NCBI GenBank assembly: GCA_040400605.1 | Contig: JBBAPZ010000021.1 | Span: 10,124 to 60,958 of the forward strand | Length of the DNA: 50,835 bases | Direction of reading: 5' to 3' | Source: Candidatus Sericytochromatia bacterium | GTDB taxonomy: Bacteria > Cyanobacteriota > Sericytochromatia > S15B-MN24 > JAQBPE01 | Shown here: piece after piece, positions 38,620 through 50,769 of the stretch | Layout: each line of letters begins with the position of its first letter | How positions within the stretch are numbered: position 1 is the first letter of the stretch | Notes under the pieces: model-generated | What the model was told of the DNA's origin: nothing | Seen by the model: the letters and a program-made list of their open reading frames with translations, nothing else | Database searches by the model: none | Position numbers and translations under genes: made by a program

Positions 38620-41600
38620 ATGTCTTTGAATGCGGAACAACGGCAGGCGGTCACAGCGCGGGGTGATGCTTGTGTGACGGCCGGTGCAGGAACGGGCAAG
38701 ACTCATATGCTCTCCGCGCGCTACATCGCGCTGATGCGAAGCCATGCGCTCTCGCCTTTGGCGATTGTGGCCACGACGTTTACGGATGCTGCGGCTACGG
38801 AGTTGCGATCCCGTATTCGCCGCGACATGGCCCGTTCGGGGGCAGATTTTGCACCTGAGATTCTGGCCGAACTGGAGGCAGCGCCGATTATGACGATGCA
38901 TGCGCTTGCGGCGCGCATTTGTCGTGAACACCCCGATGCGGCGGGGGTGCCGGCGGATTTTTCGATTCTGGGCGATCGCCCGGAGGGAGCACTCTGGTTT
39001 GCGGAGCAGCTTGATGCGGCGCTTGCGACCTTGCCACCCACGGTTTATGAGACGATTCCGATTGGGTTGCTGCGTGTGGCGATGGACATGTTGCTGGCGG
39101 ATCCGGTCACTGCGAAAGAAGCCCTTGCAAGGGATGCGCACGATTTGCAGGCATTGCTTGAAGCTGAACGTGAGGCCATTTTGGCGGAGTGGCAAACTGA
39201 TCCCGTGTGGCAAGAGGCGGTGTCGGCCTTGCGTGATTGTGTGGGGGTCGGGGAACGCGAATATCAGCGAGTGCTGGCGAATGGGGTGGTGCAGGCGTTG
39301 GAGGCCTATCCTGCGAAGCGGGTCTGGCCGGATGTGTCCGTGTTGGATGGAATCAAGCTGAATGTGGGCAGCGCGAAGGGATGGGATGCGGTGGCGTATC
39401 AGCGCGTCAAGGAGGCGCTGGGGGTGGTAAGGGATCGGATCAAGGCCGAGCGCTTGTTTCGGGTTGAGTGCGGTGTGGCGGATGCGCGCCTGGCCGAGGT
39501 GTTGCCGGTGCTTAAAAGTGCGTATGATACGGTCAGTCGTTTCATGGGTTTGGCCAAGGCACGTGAGCGGGTGTTGGACTTTGCGGATCTCGAAGCACAT
39601 GCCTTGCGTGCGCTCGGTGATCCCCGGGTGCTCGCGTATTACCAGAGCCGTTGGCGCGCGTTTTTGCTGGATGAGGTGCAAGATACGAACCCCGTGCAGG
39701 AACGCCTCATCACGCGGCTCGCTGAGGGCGCCATTTTGACGGTGGTGGGTGACGAGAAACAAGCCATTTATGGTTTCCGGCGTGCGGATGTGACGGTGTT
39801 TGGTCGCCTGGCTGAGGCCATTGGATCGCGCGGTGGTGTGTGCGTGGGTTTGATGCAGAGTTTTCGCACCCATGGTCCGTTGATGTCGGCCATCAACCGG
39901 GTGTGTGGGCCGATTTTGGGTGAGCTTCGACAGGATTTGCAAGGCGATCGCCCCTTGCCACACGTTGGGCCTCACATCGAGGTCGCGACGACCGAAAAGA
40001 CCAGCAAAGACAGTGTGGAGACGTTGCGTCGGGTGGAGGCGCGTTTCATTGCCCGTCGGCTGAAGGATTGGCACGACCAGGGTTTGATGGTTCATGACAA
40101 GGGTTGTGATGCCTTGCGCCCGCTACGGTGGGGGGATGTGGCCCTGCTGTTTCGCTCCGGCACCGCGATGATGATTTATGAAGAGGCGCTGGCAGCGGAA
40201 GGGATTCCTGCGGCAATGGCGCGGGGCAGTGACTTGTTCGCCACACGCGAAGCGCTGGATGCGTGGGCGTTATTGCGCTGGTTGGCCAATCGGGATGATG
40301 ACTTGGCGTTGCTCGCGGTTCTGCGCAGTCCGTTTTTCACGGTTGCGGATGCCGTGTTGCACCGTTTGGCGCAATCGCGGGGAAAACTGGCTTGGTGGGA
40401 GGTGCTGGCGAACAGTGCGGAGCCGGTGTTGGCGGTTGCCCGCAAGGTGTTGGCGGATTTGGCGGCGCAGCGTGGAATGCGTCCGAGTGAGCTTTTACAG
40501 CGGGTGGATCACCTCACCGGTTACAGCGCCGTGCTGGCAGGAATGCCCGGTGCCAGGCGCAGACTGGCAGACTGGCAGGCGACGATCGCCGAGGTACGCG
40601 CCCTCGAAAACGGTGCTCAAGACGTCCATACCCTCGTGAGGCGCCTCAAGCGCCTGATGGCGGGTGAGGTGAGTTTCGATCGCCCACCGCTGGAAGCAGG
40701 GGATGCGATCGCCTTGATGACAATCCATGCCGCCAAAGGCCTGGAATGGCCGGTGGTGGTGGTGCCCAACCTCAGTGCGTCAGGCGCGAGAGACAGCACG
40801 CAGGTGCGTTTCGATGCCCAACTTGGGGTTGCACTGAGTTTTAAAGATGACGATGGTGACACGCAAAAGCCGATCCTTTTTGAGATCCTGGCGAGGCAAC
40901 AGGCATCGCGTGAAGAAGCGGAGGAGCGTCGCATTATTTACGTGGCGTTGACGCGCGCGCGCGATCGCCTGCTGTTAACCGCGCCTGAGCCTAAGGGTGG
41001 CCTGTTGGACGTCGTGATGCCCGGCCTCGATGCAGCCAAGATTGCGGTTGAAACGATTGTGCCGCATCCGGGGGATGAGCGCCCGCCTCAACTGGCACAG
41101 CCGCCTTTGCCGGCATGGCCGTCCAGATGGTGCATGGGTGCCGTCGGGGTGGGCCTTGATGAGGTACCGGTCACGGCCTTGGGGGTTTATGCCCGGTGTC
41201 CGCGATCGTTTTTCTACCGTTACGTGGCGTGTCACCCGGGTGCAGCGGTGTTGTTGGGTGAGGAAGATGAGGCGTTTGGTGGGCATGACGAGCCGATTGG
41301 GTCTGAAGGGGAGGTCACGCAAGATGCGATGGGCGTCGGCATTGCGACGCATATGGCGTTGGAGTTGGGGTTAAAAGAGGTGGCTGAATTGGCCCGGCGT
41401 CTGCCGGATTTATCAACGGAGGCGGTGGAAGAGGCGCTGACCTTGGCCCGGCGCTTCCGAACCGGGGAAGTGTATCAGGCGTTAAGGGAGGCGATCGTCG
41501 CTTGCGAGCAGGCGATCGTCTGGAAAGTGGCGGGGTTGACGCTCAACGGTGTCGTGGATGCCGTGGGGCCTGATTTTGTGTTGGATTACAAGACCGATCG

Positions 41601-41853
41601 CCACATCGAGCCTGAGCACCACGCGATGCAATTGTGGGTTTACGTGCAGGCAATGGGTGCCAGTCGGGCATACTTGGCCTATCTTCGGCACGAACGGGTG
41701 GTTGGGTTATCGGCTGAGGATTTGGCGCCTGCGGGGGAGCGGGTAGGGGCGATCGCACGTGGCATCCGCAGCGGCGCCTATCCGGCAACGCCCACCCAGC
41801 AGGCCTGTTCGCAATGCGCCTTTCGTGCGCTGTGCCCGGAGTCGCTGAGCTAA
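38620..41853 (+). CDS. addA: AddA-like UvrD helicase-nuclease
   Basis: AGAGTGKT, DEVQDT, VGDEKQAIYGFR, TIHAAKGLE and YVALTRARD; C-terminal GVVD..LDYKT..QL.VY; abuts addB. Confidence 0.88.
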   Translation: MSLNAEQRQAVTARGDACVTAGAGTGKTHMLSARYIALMRSHALSPLAIVATTFTDAAATELRSRIRRDMARSGADFAPEILAELEAAPIMTMHALAARICREHPDAAGVPADFSILGDRPEGALWFAEQLDAALATLPPTVYETIPIGLLRVAMDMLLADPVTAKEALARDAHDLQALLEAEREAILAEWQTDPVWQEAVSALRDCVGVGEREYQRVLANGVVQALEAYPAKRVWPDVSVLDGIKLNVGSAKGWDAVAYQRVKEALGVVRDRIKAERLFRVECGVADARLAEVLPVLKSAYDTVSRFMGLAKARERVLDFADLEAHALRALGDPRVLAYYQSRWRAFLLDEVQDTNPVQERLITRLAEGAILTVVGDEKQAIYGFRRADVTVFGRLAEAIGSRGGVCVGLMQSFRTHGPLMSAINRVCGPILGELRQDLQGDRPLPHVGPHIEVATTEKTSKDSVETLRRVEARFIARRLKDWHDQGLMVHDKGCDALRPLRWGDVALLFRSGTAMMIYEEALAAEGIPAAMARGSDLFATREALDAWALLRWLANRDDDLALLAVLRSPFFTVADAVLHRLAQSRGKLAWWEVLANSAEPVLAVARKVLADLAAQRGMRPSELLQRVDHLTGYSAVLAGMPGARRRLADWQATIAEVRALENGAQDVHTLVRRLKRLMAGEVSFDRPPLEAGDAIALMTIHAAKGLEWPVVVVPNLSASGARDSTQVRFDAQLGVALSFKDDDGDTQKPILFEILARQQASREEAEERRIIYVALTRARDRLLLTAPEPKGGLLDVVMPGLDAAKIAVETIVPHPGDERPPQLAQPPLPAWPSRWCMGAVGVGLDEVPVTALGVYARCPRSFFYRYVACHPGAAVLLGEEDEAFGGHDEPIGSEGEVTQDAMGVGIATHMALELGLKEVAELARRLPDLSTEAVEEALTLARRFRTGEVYQALREAIVACEQAIVWKVAGLTLNGVVDAVGPDFVLDYKTDRHIEPEHHAMQLWVYVQAMGASRAYLAYLRHERVVGLSAEDLAPAGERVGAIARGIRSGAYPATPTQQACSQCAFRALCPESLS

Positions 41854-41942
41854 ATGCTCACGATGCACGAAAATTGAAAGGCAAGCATTTAACCGGTGGA
41901 TTTGGTGATTCTGGTTGAACAACGAGGTCCGCCATCAGCCCG

Positions 41943-41994
41943 ATTCAATCTTAACTGATAATTAACGAAAGTTGTATTGAGACAACGTCGATAA
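41943..41994 (+). promoter_or_regulatory. TTAA-N7-TTAAC direct repeat plus sigma28-like element
   Basis: TTAA CTGATAA TTAAC at 41951-41966; GAAA-N16-GTCGATAA at 41967-41994. Confidence 0.4.
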
Positions 41995-42041
41995 GCAGAA
42001 GTGTGGGACGCAAAGTCGACTAACAATAAGGAGCAGTTAAA

Positions 42042-42320
42042 ATGCACATGCCCAATCTTCCATTTGCGGCAAGGTTACTCCCGAGGGTAAACAGCACCGA
42101 ATCCACAGGCAGAGGGGCGTTACGGGCGGCGCTTGGATTGACAGGTTACCGCGACCAAGCAAAATTGGGAGATGTTTTGAATTTGGTCAATGATTTTAGT
42201 GACGGAAAACAGCTCAGGACCGGTTTGTTTGGGCGTGGGTTTGGGTTTGGAAAAACGGAAAGCGACTTTATGAAAGCTTTCGACGCTAAATTAATTTTCG
42301 AAATCAATCCTGGAAAGTAA
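42042..42320 (+). CDS. hypothetical protein (92 aa, lower GC)
   Basis: ORF with AAGGAG RBS; no family recognised. Confidence 0.55.
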   Translation: MHMPNLPFAARLLPRVNSTESTGRGALRAALGLTGYRDQAKLGDVLNLVNDFSDGKQLRTGLFGRGFGFGKTESDFMKAFDAKLIFEINPGK

Positions 42321-42529
42321 TCGGGTAAGGGTCACGTCTGTCGACAGGATTTAGGATTCGGATTGAGCGATTGTTAATCTGTGAAGGTCTGGATAGTCGC
42401 GGTATGAATTGTGGCGTCTGACCGCCGCTCCTCAAGGTGTCCGGTTGTTTCTTCAACTTAACGGTTGTACCGCATTGTTAAAGTGCCAGAATCGGGCTAC
42501 TCAGAGCGGATGGACCGTTATGAGATCCC

Positions 42530-44053
42530 CTAAAATGGTCGCCAACCTTCCTGAATGTACGGGAGCGTCGCGAATTTCACCAAAGATTCCCGAAGTGCGG
42601 TCTTGTCTGCACCACAGACCATGAAGACATAACCGTTTACGGGCCGCTTTTTGATGAAGACACCAGACTTTCCACTTTTTAGTGTCTCGAGCGTGCCGGC
42701 AGCCAATCCGTAAATCTCGCGATACGGGGTCAGATTAGCCGCATCGGCCGGCGTAACCGGCAAAACAACGGTCGCTGCCGGATACTCTTCCAAGATGTTG
42801 GCACCGCCGGGGATATCGACGCGCCATAAACTCTCGGGCGGTATCAATGCGAAATAAGGTTCAAAGAGTGACTTGTCCGAATGATCTCCCACCATGATGT
42901 AGGAATCCAAAAACATACGGGGGGTTGACACCTTGTCGGGAAAGGCTAGCGCATAGCCCCTTAGCAGATCCGGAGCAAGTGCCGTGAGGGATTTCCCCGC
43001 CAACAGGGCCGCCTTGACAGATGGAAAGATAGCCTTGGAATAGGAATCGATTGCGTCATCATTGTAGAAGCCGTTCGGAGTTGAGCGCTTCTTTTTAAAT
43101 TGGGCGGGATCCGTAAGCTCCTGAAAAACCCCCTGCCCGATGGCTGTCGCCAACCCTTCGCTGAGAATTCCAAGGGTTGGGACTGCATCTGGATTCCCAG
43201 CGCGTAGCAACGCATCGATGAACGGCGGGCTCTCCCTTCTTTTCCCTTCTCGATCCAGCATGTGGCAGATTTCATGAACGACGACATCCGCCTGATCTAA
43301 CGGCGCTGGCGCCTGGGGAATTTCGACCAACAGGTTGTGTCCACCGCCAAAGGCATTTCCATAAAGCACCTTGGAAGAACCAGCAAAGACGAAGAGCACT
43401 CGAACGCTGAGGCTGGTTTCCGGTGCTACGCCATAAAACGACGCCGCTTTTTCGAGTATATCTTCAAGGATTGCCGTACCGGCCTGCTGCCTGAAACGCT
43501 CTGCGTGTTTATGGATGTAATCAAAGTTGCGCCACTTGGGGGCAAAACGACGATCGAAGTAACGTAGCGCCTGCTTGAATCGACTCTGGTCGGCATCTCG
43601 AAGCAAAATCTCAGATTTGGCAAGGGTCTCATCCACGGTCCTGCTCGACAGAAAGATCGTTGAGAATTTGCAGGAAAGGTCCGCTCCGTGAGGCGGCGGA
43701 AGCGGAACAAGACACTTTTCACCGTCACCTTCTTGACGAAGGTACTGGCCCCGATACGTGTCGCGAAGTTTCCGGAAGATTTTGAGATGTTCCTCATCGC
43801 TCGAATGGTCTCCGACGTTTTGCTGCCACCACGCCCGAAAGCCTTTGGCGTCGGCATGCTCATAACCGGCCAACGCATTAACCAGCCAGTACAGATTTGC
43901 GGGATAAGAGGCCTCATAGCTGATCGACAGGCGATGCGGGCTTGAGGCAGCCTTGGCTTCACCGTCAACAAGCAGCGTAACTGCTGTGATGGCGCATAAC
44001 AGAGTACCCCGAACCATCCCAGCCACGACGATCCCCTTCAAGTTTTCATGCAA
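42530..44053 (-). CDS. putative exported zinc metallopeptidase-like protein (gluzincin motif)
   Basis: Signal-like N-terminus ending AKA; VVHEICH and downstream SEGLAT; start uncertain. Confidence 0.7.
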   Translation of the reverse strand: MHENLKGIVVAGMVRGTLLCAITAVTLLVDGEAKAASSPHRLSISYEASYPANLYWLVNALAGYEHADAKGFRAWWQQNVGDHSSDEEHLKIFRKLRDTYRGQYLRQEGDGEKCLVPLPPPHGADLSCKFSTIFLSSRTVDETLAKSEILLRDADQSRFKQALRYFDRRFAPKWRNFDYIHKHAERFRQQAGTAILEDILEKAASFYGVAPETSLSVRVLFVFAGSSKVLYGNAFGGGHNLLVEIPQAPAPLDQADVVVHEICHMLDREGKRRESPPFIDALLRAGNPDAVPTLGILSEGLATAIGQGVFQELTDPAQFKKKRSTPNGFYNDDAIDSYSKAIFPSVKAALLAGKSLTALAPDLLRGYALAFPDKVSTPRMFLDSYIMVGDHSDKSLFEPYFALIPPESLWRVDIPGGANILEEYPAATVVLPVTPADAANLTPYREIYGLAAGTLETLKSGKSGVFIKKRPVNGYVFMVCGADKTALRESLVKFATLPYIQEGWRPF

Positions 44054-44382
44054 GATCCCACTGAGACACTATACATTGTCAAATACACGACGACGAGACG
44101 CGCCACAGCCAAGGCGGAAAAGCAAACGTTCCATTGACTTCGCGTTGATTGAGGGAAACGCAGCCACGATGCGACCTCGATCTGCTGCACCCCCACGAAA
44201 CGCGGCGAGTGCTCCCGCAACTCCTGATGCTCGTCCATACAAAGTTCAAGCACTTCTTTCAGATTTTGCTGCAGTTCATCCAATGTTTCAGCCTGAGTAT
44301 GTGCACCCGGCACGCCTGGTACCGTCCCGACATAAAGCCTGGAAACTTCGTCATATTCGATGTAAGCAGTAAACGTGGCCAT
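44038..44382 (-). CDS. hicB: HicB family antitoxin with apparent stop-codon loss (expected end near 44167)
   Basis: YVGTVPGVPGAHTQAETLDELQQNLKEVLEL; AGGAGG RBS; TCG where a TAG overlapping the hicA GTG would be expected. Confidence 0.85.
   Translation of the reverse strand: MATFTAYIEYDEVSRLYVGTVPGVPGAHTQAETLDELQQNLKEVLELCMDEHQELREHSPRFVGVQQIEVASWLRFPQSTRSQWNVCFSALAVARLVVVYLTMYSVSVGSCMKT
44069..44167 (-). pseudogene. hicA: truncated HicA toxin fragment
   Basis: GTG at 44167 gives MAAFPSINAKSMERLLFRLG, then diverges and stops at 32 aa; no GSH motif. Confidence 0.7.
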
Positions 44383-44417
44383 TGCGATTCCTCCTTTTCG
44401 TCAGCGGCTCGTTAACC

Positions 44418-45140
44418 TCAGTTCAACAGGCGCGGGATGATTGGGGTTTCTTCGGCACCTGCATCCACACGGGTCACGTAATAGGCGCGCGCGTCGGGCC
44501 GGGAACTGAGTACATTCGCGAGCGTGGTGCCGTGAAAGTGAAGCGCCACCCCGTCATCCGCGGCATACCCGCAAGCCATGTCACCACTGGCCACGAGCCG
44601 ATGGTAAGTGGGACGTCGCTCGGCCTCTGAGTCAAAGTGCACGCAGTTGCTGCCAGGGAGAAACCCCAGGCAGGCCAGTGGCGTCAGCGCCCCGGGCTTG
44701 GAATCGGTCAGTCCGGTTTCGTACCAGCAAATGGACCCCGCGCTGATTCCCGCGAGCACCACCCCATGCTCCCAGGCTTTGCGAAGAATGTGATCCAGAC
44801 CGTGCGCCCGCCATACTGCAAGCATGTTGAGTGTGTTTCCGCCGCCGACATAGATGATGTCCTGCCCGAGGATGTGGCTTTCGAGATCGACCACCGCCCG
44901 TCGAAAAAGCGCCAGGTGCGACGGTTCACAATCCAGCGTCCTGAATGACGTGTAGAAACGCTCGACATACCCTTCCGCATCACCACTCGCGGTGGGGACA
45001 AAACACACCTTCGGACGCGACGCGGATACCTGCGCCAGGATGTAGCGATCCAGCGCGAGGTTCTCCGGTTCCATCGAGAAGCCACCGCCACCTAAAGTGA
45101 TGATTTGCCGCTGAGTGAGCGTCACTGGCGTGGCGTGCAC
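44418..45140 (-). CDS. pepE: peptidase E (S51, class I glutamine amidotransferase-like)
   Basis: GGGGFSME, FVPTASGD, IYVGGGNT, GISAG and CVHF; GTG start at 45140 after AAAGGAGG. Confidence 0.9.
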   Translation of the reverse strand: MHATPVTLTQRQIITLGGGGFSMEPENLALDRYILAQVSASRPKVCFVPTASGDAEGYVERFYTSFRTLDCEPSHLALFRRAVVDLESHILGQDIIYVGGGNTLNMLAVWRAHGLDHILRKAWEHGVVLAGISAGSICWYETGLTDSKPGALTPLACLGFLPGSNCVHFDSEAERRPTYHRLVASGDMACGYAADDGVALHFHGTTLANVLSSRPDARAYYVTRVDAGAEETPIIPRLLN

Positions 45141-45197
45141 GGGTAAGCCTCCTTTGTTATCGCTGATACAGCCTCTACCCATCACCAGCCTGCGCGC

Positions 45198-45302
45198 ATA
45201 AGGGTCCTTCACAAACTGTGTCACCAGTTCAGACACGTGGCTCAAGTCAACGTGCTTGACCCCAATGTCCACGAACGCCCCAAAATCCGCCACGTTCCGC
45301 AC
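45198..45302 (-). pseudogene. fragment of a Tex-like S1 RNA-binding domain
   Basis: VRNVADFGAFVDIGVKH....HVSEL...FVKDP, 35 aa, with no flanking Tex sequence. Confidence 0.75.
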
Positions 45303-45369
45303 AGGACATTGAACCGGGGTTGCGCGAGGACAAATGTCTTGTTTTCCACGCAACCCTTGTTTTTACGGA

Positions 45370-47106
45370 TCAAAACTTGTTGATATCGAATTGAAACCGA
45401 ACCCGCCACCACAGCTTGGTCGGCCCGCTCACGGTGTCTTTGACCCCTTGCAGTGCATCACTCACCTGTGCGACGGTCTCTGTGGCTGAGGCGACCCGGG
45501 TTTTGGCGATGTTCACTTTTTCGCGGAAAGGATTTATCTTCTGGTTGTAGAGACTCTGCTCGCTGGCCACTTTCGTTGTTGGTTCCGCAATTTGCTTGTT
45601 GTAGGTGGCCTGAGCCTGCTTCAGCTCATCCTGAAGGGTCACTACGCGGCGCTGGGATGTGACGACTTCGGGGTGATCAGCCGGATTCTGCTGGCGCCGG
45701 GCCTTGTTTGCCTGACCCGTGATCTGCTCGCGCCGCGAGACCTGGCTGTTTCGCTGAGCCTGCAACTTCACCAGTTCGTTGCTCTTTTGCTCTCTTTCCG
45801 CGGCTCGGATACCGATGGTCCCATCCATCTGCCTGATCGCGTCATCCGCGTTGGCGAGCTTGCGGCGCTGGGCAGCGAGTTCGTCAGCGATCGCGACCAT
45901 CTTGTCCAGACCTTGTTTGGCGTCGTCATGATGACCCGCAACCGATTGACGAGCCGCGGTGGCCTTTGTCAGTTCGACCTCTGTATCACCAAATTGTGCC
46001 AACTGTGTGCGCAGACTTTCAATCTTGTTTTTGATCGCGGACACCTCGCCAATACCACCAAGCTCGCGCTCAAGGTCTTGGACCCGCTTCTGGGCAGCCC
46101 CATGCTTTGTGTTGGCATCAACCAGACCCGCACGGGCATCCGCGACCGCCTTCGTTCGGGAAGCGTCAGACTCAGGCAGGGCCAACGCACGATCCAGCGC
46201 CATCTGCGCCCGGGTGACGTCGGTCTTGGCGCCATCCAAGACCCCTTTGGCACTTCCGAGCGCGACCGTCACGGTACCCCAGTTGTCGCGCGCTTTCGAC
46301 AAAGCATCAATTTGCCCCGTCACATCCTTCTGCTGCGCGACGGCAGCCTTCGCCCTGGCATAACGGCTCTCAACCTCGCGCAGCCGGTCCGCCGCAGCAC
46401 TGGCACGTGAGCGCTGACTGGCCAGACCGTCACTGGTGGGTGACTGACGATACAACTGATCCACACGGGCCTTCGCCGCACTTTGGGCCTCATACGCCGC
46501 GCTGCGACGATTCAGCGCCGAATTGAGATCGATATCAAGCAAATCCATTTGACCGCGCACACTGACAATGGCACTTTCCGTGCGCACAATGGCGCGGCCA
46601 AGCTGTGACGCCTCCTCATCAAGCCGCGAGGCCCGACGCCTACCGGGATAGATGGCATCCTGCAAAGCCTCGTTGGCACCCGTCAACTCGCCATTGATAC
46701 GATCAATGGGCTCCTGATACAGACGATGCGTACTCACCAACGTCGCCTGAGCCACACGCAGTGGCTTGCCAAGCGCCTCATCCGCAGCCGACAAACGCCC
46801 CTCTTCTGTCGTCCGCACCTGCTGCGCCTCAGCAAGCCGCTTTTGAGCACTCTCCAGATAGCCCCTGAACTGACTCACATACTTTTTATACTCATCCGGC
46901 TTGTTGAATTTCGGCGGTGCCTGCGTCAGTACATTCGCACCCGGTAACGATGAAGCAGCCGCCTGCAGCGGACGGGAAGAGACACTCAACGTATCCGCAG
47001 CAATCAACAACGGTGCCGCAACAACCCCATTTGAACGCTCGCCCGGCACAGTCACATCCACCGGCAAACCCACTCCCGACAGACTGTTGATACGCCCCAC
47101 AAGCAT
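45370..47106 (-). CDS. hypothetical long coiled-coil protein (578 aa)
   Basis: Ala/Gln/Arg/Glu-rich heptads over about 480 aa; GAGGAG RBS; low-complexity N-terminus. Confidence 0.8.
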   Translation of the reverse strand: MLVGRINSLSGVGLPVDVTVPGERSNGVVAAPLLIAADTLSVSSRPLQAAASSLPGANVLTQAPPKFNKPDEYKKYVSQFRGYLESAQKRLAEAQQVRTTEEGRLSAADEALGKPLRVAQATLVSTHRLYQEPIDRINGELTGANEALQDAIYPGRRRASRLDEEASQLGRAIVRTESAIVSVRGQMDLLDIDLNSALNRRSAAYEAQSAAKARVDQLYRQSPTSDGLASQRSRASAAADRLREVESRYARAKAAVAQQKDVTGQIDALSKARDNWGTVTVALGSAKGVLDGAKTDVTRAQMALDRALALPESDASRTKAVADARAGLVDANTKHGAAQKRVQDLERELGGIGEVSAIKNKIESLRTQLAQFGDTEVELTKATAARQSVAGHHDDAKQGLDKMVAIADELAAQRRKLANADDAIRQMDGTIGIRAAEREQKSNELVKLQAQRNSQVSRREQITGQANKARRQQNPADHPEVVTSQRRVVTLQDELKQAQATYNKQIAEPTTKVASEQSLYNQKINPFREKVNIAKTRVASATETVAQVSDALQGVKDTVSGPTKLWWRVRFQFDINKF

Positions 47107-47163
47107 CTCCTCACACCCAGCAAAACCATCACCCAGAGACTTATCACCACACTCAGGCTTAAA

Positions 47164-47206
47164 TTGTTAATTTAAATTTAAAATTAAATGGAGTTTAATC
47201 TTGAAT
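47164..47206 (-). promoter_or_regulatory. AT-rich region with two TTAA-N7-TTAA repeats upstream of the coiled-coil gene
   Basis: Minus strand reads ATTCAAGA TTAA ACTCCAT TTAA TT TTAA ATTTAAA TTAAC. Confidence 0.4.
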
Positions 47207-47394
47207 AGGTTTAATAAAACGATGGAAGCAGGGGACAGCGAGCGCATACCACACCGCCCCTGGTTTATTGGACATACGTTACCGTTATGCTGCCTTCTGG
47301 CGTTACCACTGTTAGTGGCTGAATCGGATTAACGAACGCGATCGCTTCGAAGCGCCATTGCTCATTGATTGTGAATGAATCTCGCTCAATGCCT

Positions 47395-50087
<2,693 letters not shown>

Positions 50088-50122
50088 CGCACACGTGGAG
50101 CGAGGCGGTCAGGCGATCGCCT

Positions 50123-50159
50123 GTCCGGGTAACGATTGCGCGTTGCCCGGACTTTTTTT
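50123..50159 (+). terminator. intrinsic terminator after katG
   Basis: GTCCGGGTAACG / CGTTGCCCGGAC stem followed by T7. Confidence 0.85.
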
Positions 50160-50349
50160 CGGCCGTTCGGCACCCGTTTTGTGTCTTAAGTCTGACTGAA
50201 TTCTCGAATGATCAAACAGGTCAGATGACGACACACGGGATGCAATTGACGACTTACCAGAGCCCCTTCATCTACTTTTGCAACAATTGACAGGGGTGAG
50301 ACAGGACGCAACGATTGCCATCGTTTACTTGGATGGAGTTTGAAACCGC

Positions 50350-50769
50350 ATGAACGCAACACCGGATATTCGCTGGAAGCAGCGCCTGACCAATTTCGAT
50401 CGGGCCTATCTGTTGTTGCGTGATGCGTTGGCCAACGGGCCGGCCGCTCTGAATCAGCTGGAAAAAGAGGGTGTGACTCAGCGTTTCGAATACTGCTTCG
50501 AACTCGCCTGGAAAACCACAAAAGACTACATGGAGGCAAACGGTGTGGTGTTTGCTGTGGTGACGCCCCGCGAGGTGGTGAAAGATGCTTTTGCAGCCAA
50601 GATTATCGCGGATGGCCAGGTGTGGATTGCGATGCTCGACCATCGCAATTTGCTGTCACACACTTACAGTCCGGCAGTGTTCGAGCAGGCGGTGGAGGCT
50701 ATCCACCAGCGCTACCTCGGGGGCATCGCGCAGTTGCATGAGTTCATGAGCAGCGAAGCGGCGCCATGA
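50350..50769 (+). CDS. HEPN-type nucleotidyltransferase substrate-binding protein (HI0074 family)
   Basis: RWKQR, QRFEYCFELAWKT and RNLLSHTY (R-X4-H). Confidence 0.92.
   Translation: MNATPDIRWKQRLTNFDRAYLLLRDALANGPAALNQLEKEGVTQRFEYCFELAWKTTKDYMEANGVVFAVVTPREVVKDAFAAKIIADGQVWIAMLDHRNLLSHTYSPAVFEQAVEAIHQRYLGGIAQLHEFMSSEAAP

Noticed and set aside
37576..40095. 839-aa minus-strand ORF
   Set aside because: Antisense shadow of addB/addA with no recognisable motifs. The same applies to 2817-3575, 11548-12477, 13507-14493 and 48090-48992.
47368..47386. Fur/PerR-like box ATTGTGAATGAATCTCGCT
   Set aside because: Imperfect palindrome about 490 bp from katG and separated from it by a pseudogene; not supportable without a motif scan.
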